Source of the DNA: Azolla caroliniana
Lineage: Eukaryota > Plantae > Polypodiophyta
NCBI GenBank assembly: GCA_043228905.1
Contig: JBHGNT010000714.1
Location: 1-16,905, forward strand
DNA length: 16,905 nucleotides
Reading direction: 5' to 3'
The translations under genes were made by a program, and so were the position numbers. Under the pieces are notes generated by a model, which was not told the origin of the DNA, made no database searches, and saw only the letters and a program-made list of their open reading frames with translations. Within the stretch, counting starts at the first letter, position 1, and the number at the start of each line of letters is the position of its first letter. Shown in pieces: positions 7,445 to 16,905 of the stretch.

Positions 7445-10400
7445 AGCCCTAGATCTGTGCAGCCCATTAGTGGTTCCATTCCCTCTAAGCAAGTTAGTGA
7501 TGTGTTCGTAGCCCAAGTAGCAGTTAGTACTAAAAGTACCCCTCCAGTACATACCTTAGCCCTTCTAGATTCCGGAGCTAATTCTTGCTTCATGGATAGG
7601 AATTTTGCCCGAGCTCATCAGATATCTCTCAGAAAGCTCCCATGTCCAGCCTCAGTAGTAGTCATTGATGGTCGTCCCATTGCTTCTGGTAATATCATAG
7701 AAGAGTCGGAACCCATTAATATTGTCCTAGATAACTTAACATGTGTAGTATCATTTAATATTATTAGTATTCCAGAACATCCCATAGTTTTAGGATTACC
7801 ATGGTTCGAGTTACATAACCCAGACATAGATTGGAGGACAAGGGAAATCCGGTTGCGACAAACCCAAGGATCTACCCAGAAGGTTGCAACCATTTCGCTA
7901 CGTCAGTTGCGTGAGGAAGGGCGCAAGGAGGAAATGTTTCTCTTCGCAATATCAGTACAACCCTCCAGCACCACCAAAGAGGAGTCCACCGTTCAACTTC
8001 CCGAGAAGTATCGTCAGTATGCTGATGTGTTCGATAAAGTACAAGCCAACACACTTCCTCATCATCGGCCGTACGATTGCGCCATCGACTTACAACCGGG
8101 AAAAGAGCCGCCATGGGGGCCGATCTACAATTTGTCACCAACCGAGCTAGAAGTCCTTCGAGCCTATATAGAGGAGAATTTGGAGAACGGTTTCATTCGG
8201 CATTCGAAATCTCCAGCCGGCGCACCCATTTTCTTCGTCAAGAAAAAAGATGGCTCGCTTCGACTCGTTGTAGATTACCGTGGCTTGAATAAAGTCACAG
8301 TAAGAAATAGGTATGCTCTTCCCCTTATCTCAAGTCTTTTAGAACGGATCAACGGTGCCAGGTTCTTCACGAAGATCGACTTACGAGGAGCCTATAACCT
8401 CGTACGGATCCGACCAGGAGATGAATGGAAGACCGCGTTTCGCACCAGATATGGGCACTTCGAGTATACGGTCATGCCGTTCGGACTCACTAATGCGCCG
8501 GCAGTCTTCCAGCACATGGCGAATGATATATTTCGAGATCTCTTGGATGATTTTTTGATCATCTATTTGGATGATCTACTGGTTTATTCAAAGACCCAAG
8601 AAGAACATGATTCTCATGTACTATTAGTACTAAAACGACTTCGAGAACATGGTCTGTATGCAAAGTTAGAGAAATGTAGTTTCGGGTGCAACCAAGTGGA
8701 ATTTCTCGGCTATGTCATCTCCTCAGAAGGCATATCTATGGACCCAGCCAAGGTCAAAACGGTGATAGAATGGCACACTCCGCGTTCGGTGCGGGATGTG
8801 CAATGCTTCCTAGGCTTTGCAAATTTTTACCGGAAGTTCATACAAAATTACTCAAAAATTGTGCTGCCTCTCACACAGCTCACCAGGAAGGGACAATCAT
8901 TCATTTGGTCTAAAGAGACGGACATGGCTTTCGAGAGTCTTAAGAAGGCGTTTACATCAGCTCCAATTTTAGGTCATGTGGATCCGGAAAAACCATTCAT
9001 TATCGAAGCTGACGCATCGGATTTCGCATTGGGGAGCATTCTGTCACAACAGGGTAACGACGAGAAGCTACATCCTGTGGCTTTCCACTCCCGTAAGTTT
9101 GACGCTGCCGAAATCAACTACGAAATTCATGATAAAGAGCTATTAGCAATAGTTGATTCTTTTATGCAATGGAGGCATTTCCTGGAGGGATCTCCTCATC
9201 AGGTCACTGTATTCAGTGACCACAAGAACCTTGCCTACTTTCAAGATGCTCGTGTACTGAATCGACGTCAAGCTCGGTGGGCCCACTTCTTCACACGCTT
9301 CGACTTCAAAATTACATATCGTCCGGGGAAGCACCAAGGGAAGGCAGATGCATTATCACGGCGTTCGTATCTAACACCACGTCCCGGTGAGCCAGCCTTC
9401 GATAACCAGAAGCAAGTAATCTTGGGTCCAGCACGACTGCAAGCAGCACAGGTCTTTGACATGCCCGTGGATTCCGACATTACCAATACTATACGTGAGG
9501 ACTTGAAGACTGACGCTTTCGCCCAAGCTATACTAGCACAAATTGACCCCTCTCGAGCGTCATGTTCACAATCACAATCACCAGGTACGGATTATCGGCA
9601 ATTCAAATACTGTGATGGATTACTCTTCTTTAAAGAACTTTTGTATGTTCCTAATGGTTCTTGCCGCCTTCGAGTAGTACAAAACTGCCATGACACATAT
9701 ACAGCAGGACATTTTGGTAGTACTAAAACATTAGATTTAGTACAACGATCATTCTGGTGGCCCCGTATGCGACAATTTGTCGAAGATTTTGTTCGGACTT
9801 GCGATACATGCTGCAGAGCGAAAATGCCAAGACATCATCCATATGGTTTATTAGAACCATTACCAATTCCAAGCAAGCCATGGCAATCCATTGCTCTTGA
9901 CTTCATTACAGATCTTCCAGTCTCTAAGGGATTCAGTGCGATTCTCACAGTGGTGGATCGATATACGAAGATGGCTCATTTCTTACCATGTACTAAAGAA
10001 ATATCTAGTGAAGACACCGCCGAAATTGTCATGCGGGAAGTATGTCGGCATCATGGACTCCCTGATAATATCATCAGCGATCGTGGACCCCAGTTTGTGT
10101 CAAAATTCTGAAAGCACCTTTTTAAAATGCTGAAGGTCACTTGTAACCTCTCCTCCGGCTACCACCCACAAACCGACGGTCAAGCCGAACGAACAAATCA
10201 AACACTGGAGCAGTATCTGCGGTGCTTTCTCAACTATCATCAGAATGACTGGGCAGATATTCTTCAGTTCGCCGAATTTGCCTATAATAACGCTATCCAC
10301 GCATCGACTAAAGTCACGCCATTCTACGCTTATACGGGATATCATCCCCGGTGGTGTGTCCTTGAAACCCCAGAAGTGTCCACAAATCCTTGCGCGGAGG

Positions 10401-10765
10401 ATCGTTTGGAGCGGTTACGCAAGATACAAGCGGATTTATCTACTCAACTCCAGCAAGCTCAACAGTCACACAAGGACTACGCAGATCGTCATCGACTTCC
10501 ATCCAGTTTTAACATTGGAGATCGGGTGTGGCTGCTACGACGACACATCAAGACTACTCGCCCATGTGAGAAGTTGGATTATCGGCGATTAGGTCCTTTC
10601 CGTATTATCGGGAAGATTAATGATGTCGCTTTTCGTCTCGAGCTACCTCCGCAACTTCGGATACATCCGGTGTTTCATAGTTCTCTCCTCGAACCCTATC
10701 ACGAGAGCACTATCCCAGGACGTACTATACAACCACCACCTCCTATCGAGCTCGAAGATGGACCT

Positions 10766-10927
10766 GAGTATGAGGTCGCTGCCATCCTCGATTCCAAGAT
10801 TGTTCGCAACAAGCTCTACTATCTAGTCGATTGGCTAGGATATAGTCCCAGCGAGCGTACTTGGGAACCGATCGAGAATGTGACCAATGCTCGTGCTCTT
10901 CTAGAAGACTTCCATCGACGATATCCC
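10766..10927 (+). other. Chromodomain-coding segment at the integrase C-terminus
   Basis: EYEVAAILDSK...YYLVDWLGYSPSERTWEP..V.NA..L.EDFH; the three aromatic-cage positions (Y, W, Y) are retained. Confidence 0.92.
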
Positions 10928-10975
10928 GAGAAACCGGGTCCTCAATCCAAAACGACTCGTGGAACTCGTCGTTTT

Positions 10976-10988
10976 AAAGGGGGGATAG
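10976..10988 (+). promoter_or_regulatory. Polypurine tract of the chromovirus
   Basis: AAAGGGGGGATAG lies immediately before the 3' LTR TG. Confidence 0.9.
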
Positions 10989-11278
10989 TGTCATAACTAG
11001 ACTCGAACCCATAACCTTTTGTTACACGGGTCGAGACTTTACCATTAGGTTATGAATTGTAATTTGAAGAATATTATTTTCATTTAGGTTTTATTGGGAA
11101 ATTGATGTATATTCCAGATTTCTCTGGAACATTCTAGAAACTTCAGGAGTATTCCTGAAGACACTATAAAAGGAGGCGCAAGGCATTAGTTCGAACCAAA
11201 TCGGTTCAACGCCAGTCTTAAGCCTTCTAACTACTGTTGTATATCTTCCTTCATATAATACATATATCTTTCGCATCA

Positions 11279-11328
<50 letters not shown>

Positions 11329-11461
11329 ACTCATTCCTTCTCTCAAAGTTCGACACCTCTCATAGTACTAATCCTTCTCTGTCTTAGTACTATTCCCCAA
11401 CAATAGTACTAATCCTTCTTTTAGTACTAATTCCTTCTCTGCCTTAATAGAGTTCCTGACA
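10989..11461 (+). repeat. 3' LTR of the chromovirus
   Basis: 473-bp copy of 5675-6147, followed by the TSD GTTGT. Confidence 0.98.
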
Positions 11462-11466
11462 GTTGT

Positions 11467-12007
11467 AGTGTGAATCACACACTACGTGAAATATGTAAAA
11501 CACTATATCCGATTTAGAGTACATATAATAAATAAAAATAAAATATTGAAAATATTTATTATGTGCATAGGGCAGGATTGGAACCCTATACCTCCACATA
11601 GACAAACCCCAACCTTACCACTATACTAGCACACTATGAATTTTCAAGTTATACTAAACTTTATCCCATGTAAATATTCTAGATATGCATGGTACAAAAA
11701 TTTATTCATGCATACACAGTCGAGTTAAAAGAAAAGATGAGATAGAAAGCTAATCATGCACATGTAGTGTGCATGAAAACTAAAGTTAGGAAAAGCATGA
11801 TGCTTGCATGTGATAAACTTAGACTCTTCAAACACTATAAAAGGAAGAGAGGAAGATGGATAGTGGTTGTTGATTTTTTATAAGGATTGATTAATACAAA
11901 ATATTCGTGGGATTCACGATTTTACCATCTAATTCTCTCTTACAAAGTAATTGCCCATTAATACATTATACTCGTGTGATTCACGAGTTTCATATCTTCT
12001 TTCTACA
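11467..12007 (+). repeat. Remainder of the 3' LTR of the old gypsy element (right end uncertain)
   Basis: Removing the nested element gives PPT-TGTTGTAGTGTGAATCAC. TATAAAA is at 11836, and CTACA(A) at 12003-12008 is the inverted repeat of (T)TGTAG. Confidence 0.6.
11563..11635 (-). other. tRNA-like segment with Pol III A-box and B-box look-alikes inside the LTR
   Basis: Minus strand has TAGTATAGTGG (11628-11618) and GGTTCCAATCC (11585-11575) at tRNA-like spacing. No convincing anticodon arm. Confidence 0.5.
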
Positions 12008-12049
12008 ATCTCTTCCTAACTAGCATTATCTCATATTATTCTTTCTCCT

Positions 12050-13402
12050 GGTCCAAAACCCCAGCGGTTCCCACCCGACTCACACAAATGATCCGGCACC
12101 GAAAGGCACGATACTGTGTCATGGCAAGAAACAAGGAGAAGTTAAGGATATACACGATTTCCCGACATCCTTCCGTGCACATCGAGAGAGAGCCAGAAAA
12201 GAAAAGGATCGTCGCTTAGTCAAGGCGTACGAAATGGAGGAAGATGGCCCCTTCAAAAAATTTAGCCACAAAAAAGATATTATCAGAGATCTTCACTACA
12301 ATGTGGTTTGCGGCGATGTCGTTGACATGATCCAAAAAGTGCCAAAGAAGGGATATACGCTAATGATTGCGGATATTCCTTACGGATTTCGAATGGCAAG
12401 GTCATCATACGACAATGAACCGTTTAGGTTTAAACAGTTGGAGAAGATGGTCAAGGATTTTGCTGAGCTAACGACTGCATCCTTGTGGAGAATAGTTGTC
12501 TTTCATAGTATGGACCAAGGGTACTCGGTAGCTCAAGCTTTGAGATCTCGTTGCCATGGCATCGAGAATCTTGCATGGTAAGGATTATTTATAGGTCTCA
12601 TTCACTATATTGTCTTTCTTAAGATTGTTCAATCTATTCTTAACTCGATGTAATATTTGTTATAAAATAAAAACCAATGTAAATAGAGGGTCAACCTTTC
12701 TGTTCGTTAATGCCATTGAATACATCGCGGTTGGCTACTTCGATGAAATTAAGAAACAAAGAATCAAGGAGCATTCTAATGAAGTGGGAGGTTCAAATTT
12801 GCTGGTATATCCAGCAGTGACACGAAAATTGCGACATGTCACCACGATAGAATGGGGACTTGTCAACCCATACCAAAAACCTCAACGACTTATGATGCGC
12901 TTGATCGAGATGTTTTCTGTCGAAGGAGACTGGATATTAGAACTCTTTTCTGGCACAAGTATTCCTCGAACTAGGGTAACGATCTTGAGACCACCAATAC
13001 TGAATCTTTTTTGTTTGAGAACTAATTCTTCTTGTTACTTTCTTCACAGGAACGACGTCTACATGTGCATTGAAGCTCTTTAGAAACACAGTTGCATTGG
13101 AGAAGGACGAGGAGCAGGCGAAATTTATAAACATGAGCATTAAGGCTTTGTGGGAGTGCCCAAACCAGGAGGAGGAGGTCAATGCAAAGAACCTCGCTGA
13201 TACTGAAAGGTTTCAACCTGCTTCGCAAGAGCCTATTCCTCCATGAGCCGGGGAACCGGGGGAGCTAATAGAGCTTGATGATGAGCTTATAGAAGATATT
13301 TTGTTGGCTCGGCTAACAGGGGAAGCCAATGCATGTATAGCCGAAGAGACTTCTATATAGGATGATGAAGAAAATGACATTGACGATTTGATTCCTATGT
13401 AA
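12050..13402 (+). pseudogene. Intron-containing beta-class N6-adenine/N4-cytosine DNA methyltransferase (N6_N4_Mtase-like), decayed
   Basis: Exon A (to 12577): VVCGDVVDMIQKVP..YTLMIADIPYG (motifs III-IV, DPPY-like). Exon B (~12666-12958): W|IKTN, EYI, NPYQKPQRLMMRLIEMFSVEGDWILELFSGT. Exon C (from 13050): TTSTCALKLFRNTVALEKD plus an acidic tail. Introns at 12578-~12665 and 12959-13049. Confidence 0.85.
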
Positions 13403-13767
13403 TAGACTCTTTTAAAAACGCGAAATGTATTGTTTGGATTTCACATTATTAATACAAATTTGGGGTATTACTTGGTGGATTCTATTCTTTATAATCTTCT
13501 ATATGTTTCAATTTTATTTTTATATACTTGGTTAGTAGACTTATGACATTGGTTTCACCGCGTGCATTGCTGACTACCAAATTTATGGAGAAACATGAAC
13601 TAGTTTAAATTGAGGCTGATTTTGGTCAAAGTTTACCTTAACATAACATGGTCGTAGAATTGTTGCCATGAGTGTCCATGTTGTTATTATGGATCTTTGT
13701 CTTCTATTGTTAAAACTATTATGTTTCTCTTCCATTGTTGCTTAGATTGTGTAGTGTGTTGATAATG

Positions 13768-14087
13768 GTTCCACTAGCGTTATCCGCATGTTTTTATACG
13801 CTTGTCGTTCCACTAGCATTATCGTTCAGAGTTTGATCCCGTGTGAATCACCTAAGCAATAGATGTATAATACAAGTATGAAAGCCTTAATAGGTTTGTT
13901 ATTTCCACCACATTTCACTATCTTACATTGTCCACAATTATATACATATGGTTTGATCCCATACGAACAAACTGAGCAATAGATTAGATCAACTTTAAAT
14001 ACAAGTATTAAATACTTTAATAAGTTAGTTATTCCAATCACATTATCCTAAAGTGCACTATCCTACATTGTCCACAATTATATACAT
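13768..14087. repeat. Diverged short tandem repeats
   Basis: GTTCCACTAGCRTTATC occurs at 13768-13784 and 13807-13823. Units of ~120-137 bp start with GTTTGATCCC at 13831 and 13951 and share a 32-bp block (13916-13947 vs 14056-14087, one mismatch). Confidence 0.85.
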
Positions 14088-14439
14088 GCAAGTATGGGTC
14101 AAAGTATAAATTATAAATCATTTTATTAGTATGGTTACAAGTACACCTCATATTTTTGTAGAACTTACCAAATTAATATAAGTCTTTAACTTAGTGTTAC
14201 CAATGTCGCACATTAGTGACATATTGAGCCATTGTTGAACTTTATTATGCCTACATTAACTTATCAGCACGTCCAAACTTCCATGATTTCTAATGATCTC
14301 CACTCATAGACCTATCATGTATTTTGATATTTGCAAATTCTAATCAAGTTGTGGAACATGTGATACTAATGCATTCAATTGTTGTAGAGAGGGTATATTT
14401 TGATAGTTTCAAGAAGATTCTACAAGTGGAATGCCCAAT

Positions 14440-16492
14440 CCTTCCACTTGTGAACGTGAACGTGTGGCCCTAGATCCAAGAGCTACTAAATCAATTTTTG
14501 TTGTATATGGAAAAGGTTCGGGCTACAAGGTGTACAAGGTCTACAATCCACAAATAAAAAGAATTTTCTTTAATCACATATTTCTTCAAAGCTTTCTTCT
14601 CCACTTCCCTCAAATTTATCTCCTTTATTACCTACCCCTACCCACTTCCAGCCATATTCCTCAGCCATCTCCAATATTAATAATTCTCACAGTGGTTCAT
14701 CCTCTACTTCAAGTATTTGTGTGGCGATTTAGAAGTCAAAAGTCAATCCTCCTCCACTAACTAAATTTTCTTCTTGTCCTCCATCTCCCCAACCTCGAAT
14801 TGTTGAACTCTTTTTCCTAATTCCTGGAGAAATACACATTGCTCATCTCTCTGTAATAACACAAGCATTGTTATCTTTTGAATTCATCTTCTCCTCCAAC
14901 TGTGTACCTATCTCTAAATAGTATCTATGAACAACTTGATTAAATGGAAGCACATTTTGTCAACATGGACCATGAAGCTTACATACAACAAGAGGATATT
15001 CCAATCCTTAGTGATGACACAAATCTAACGCCCAAAGAAGGACTCTTAGGATCTGTTTCTATCAAATGGAGAATGGCTATGGAGGAAGAGATAAAGGATC
15101 TAATTAAAAATGATATGTGGACCCTCGTTGAGCCTCCAAAAGATAGTCACATAATTGGTTCCAAATTGGTCTTACAAATTGAGCAAGATGGTAATGGCAA
15201 TCCAATTCTCTTTAAGGCTCATGTTGTTGGTAAATGGTTTTTCTCAAGTTCCATGTATTGATTTTCAAGATACATTTGGTCTAACACTAAGAATACGTAG
15301 TTTTCGAATGCTCATTGCTCTTGTTGCTCAACATGATCTAGAGTTGCACCACTTGGATGTACAAATTGCCTTTCCTAATGGGGATCTGGATGAAGAACTT
15401 TATCAGCAACAACTAGAAATTTTTGAAGATCCAAGTCATCTAACGTTTGTTTGTCAACTTCACTTTTTTCTCATTAAGGTTGGATATCATTGTCTTAACA
15501 ACATGAGCCAAATATCTATGTTAGAAAACCAAATCCAAATTTGCTAGCATAGGTGTCTATGTTGATGATTTGCCCTTGATCTCCAACACTAAATCTTATC
15601 TAGCAATTGCAAAGAAGGAACTTGCATGTGTTTTTTCTACCATTGATTTAGGGCTTATGATACATTTCCTTGACATTAAAGTAATTAAAAATAGATCAAA
15701 TCATGGTAGCTCTATATCACAAACTCAATATATTACCTCTATTCTCCAAAGATTTGACATGTTCCATACTAATCTTACCTCTCTCAGTAAACTCTCTAAT
15801 GATGATTGTCCAAAAAAGTTGGGAGATTTTTGAAGTGAAGGATGTATCATGTAAACAAATCCTTGGATGTATTAGATATTTAGTGAGTTGCCGACGTCCA
15901 CATATTTGTTTTGTTGTTGTTTTTCTTTCTTATTTCATAGCTAATCCAGGACCAAAGTATTGGATTGCTGTGAAACATTTACTACGATATTTGAAGTATA
16001 CTCAATATTGTGCATTGACTTACTCAGCCACACAATCTGAGTCGGCCTCACTTGTGCAAGAATGGACAAACCCCTCTTATCAGGTAATTGATTGGATTGA
16101 TTCCATATTGGGATGGGGAACATTTGGCTATGTCTATACACCAGTTGGTGTTACAATTTCTTGGAAGTCAAAGAAACAATATATTGTAGCATTATAATCC
16201 ACCAAAGTTGAATATGTAGCAACGACTCTAGCTGTTAAAGAAGGCATTTGGATTAAATAAATGCTTGAAGAATTTCAACCTATTTATTATTTCAATAGTG
16301 ACTTTGTTTTATGATCATCAAGCATGCATCAAGCTACCTAATAGTCCGACAATGAGTGACAACATACATCATGTGGCCTTGAAACATCATTTTCTTCGTG
16401 ATCTCATTGAAACAAAGAACATAGAACTAAAGTTTGCTCCCCTTCATCATATGTGGGCAAATATTCTAATTAAACCTCTTCGACAATTCTAA
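14440..16492 (+). pseudogene. Heavily decayed Ty1/copia pol (post-integrase GY region, RT, RNase H)
   Basis: LDPRATKSIFVVY..YKVYNP; W..AMEEE..L.KN..W.LVEPP; LELHHLDV..AF.NGDLDEELY; YVDD; ISWKSKKQ..VAL*ST..EY; HHFLRD..ANIL.KPL. Many stops and frameshifts. Confidence 0.88.
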
Positions 16493-16685
16493 GCACAATA
16501 TTTGTTGCAAGCAAGTTGGATTAATTGTTGTAATTAAAGACGAAGATGAGAATCTACACTTCTCGAAAATTTCTTAGTTGTTGTAATAAGCGAAATAATA
16601 TTAGTTACTTTCTTATCAAGATGAAGGAAACCACCTCAGTGGTGGTCCCTTACAAAGCCACCACCACCTGTTGTAACAATTAGGG

Positions 16686-16905
16686 TGTTGATACTAATAA
16701 TATATTTGTTTTTCTTTGTGGAAAAAATAATTTAATTCATTTGTTTTCCCTCATTCTCTCTCTCTCTCTCTTGATATCTATCTCTTTCTTAGTACTATTT
16801 AAATGCAATTTTCAATTGGAGAATGTTGGTTGTGGTCCAATTGATGTGGAGCAAGAGTAATCTTGATTTTGCTCGAGTTCTCATAAGAGTTATAAGCAAA
16901 AGTTT
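16686..16905 (+). repeat. Possible start of the copia 3' LTR
   Basis: TAGGG (a degenerate PPT?) is followed by TGTTG about 190 nt after the RNase H end. No partner LTR is present in the window. Confidence 0.25.

Larger units (their letters stand above)
7385..10996 (+). pseudogene. pol: Pol of the chromovirus (PR-RT-RNase H-integrase-chromodomain) with one nonsense codon
   Basis: One frame is open from 7385 to 10996 except TGA at 10109-10111 (SKF*KHL, where W is expected). Motifs: LLDSGA, MPFGLTNAP, YLDD, EADASD, DHKNL, H..GH..C..C, ISDRGPQF, YHPQTDGQAER, GPF. Confidence 0.95.
5675..11461 (+). mobile_element. Full-length, recently inserted Ty3/gypsy chromovirus (Tcn1/sushi-like)
   Basis: Two 473-bp LTRs (TGTCA...TGACA), a 5-bp TSD GTTGT at 5670-5674 and 11462-11466, gag, pol with C-terminal chromodomain, and a PPT. 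Confidence 0.98.
970..12007 (+). mobile_element. Old, 5'-truncated non-chromoviral Ty3/gypsy retrotransposon (Phygy-like by inference), interrupted by the chromovirus at 5675-11461
   Basis: Domain order is gag-PR, RT, RNase H, integrase, with no chromodomain. A PPT at 5657-5668 is followed by TGTTGT, which continues after the nested element. Multiple stops and frameshifts are present. Both boundaries are approximate. Confidence 0.8.

Noticed and set aside
10109-10114. Programmed stop-codon readthrough in integrase
   Set aside because: The stop sits at a conserved Trp position in the integrase core and lacks a known readthrough context. A point mutation is simpler.
11563-11635. Functional tRNA gene
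   Set aside because: D and anticodon arms do not fold convincingly, and the B-box has a mismatch. Kept only as tRNA-like.
12610-13083. 157-aa ORF as a standalone protein
   Set aside because: Both ends read through intron sequence. Only ~12666-12958 is MTase exon.
12019-13823. 12-bp direct repeat ACTAGCATTATC (12019-12030, 13812-13823) as a TSD around the MTase
   Set aside because: The gene retains introns and has no poly(A) tail, and the second copy belongs to a local repeat. One 12-bp match in AT-rich DNA of this length can be chance.
112-16492. The two copia fragments as halves of one interrupted element
   Set aside because: Both contain the same RT N-terminal region and differ greatly in sequence and decay, so they are separate elements.

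Overview
Eukaryotic, transposon-dense DNA, probably from an early-diverging land plant. A moss such as Physcomitrium is my inference from the element types and is not proven. The window is a nest of LTR retrotransposons. From left to right: (1) the tail of a chromovirus-type LTR (1-111) abutting a Ty1/copia RT fragment (112-585); (2) an inverted LTR-like fragment with a tRNA-iMet-type PBS (~586-969); (3) a decayed, 5'-truncated non-chromoviral Ty3/gypsy element (~970-5674, with its 3' LTR resuming at 11467-~12007); (4) a young, almost intact chromovirus inserted into the first bases of that LTR (5675-11461; 473-bp LTRs with one mismatch; GTTGT target-site duplication); (5) a spliced, decayed gene for a bacterial-type beta-class N6A/N4C DNA methyltransferase (~12050-13402); (6) short tandem repeats; and (7) a heavily decayed copia pol (~14440-16492). 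The most interesting signals are the intron-containing amino-methyltransferase, an antisense tRNA-like A-box/B-box module inside the old gypsy LTR, a Tf1-style 11-nt self-priming site in the young chromovirus, and readable -1 frameshift signals in both gypsy elements. All alignments and counts were made by eye.
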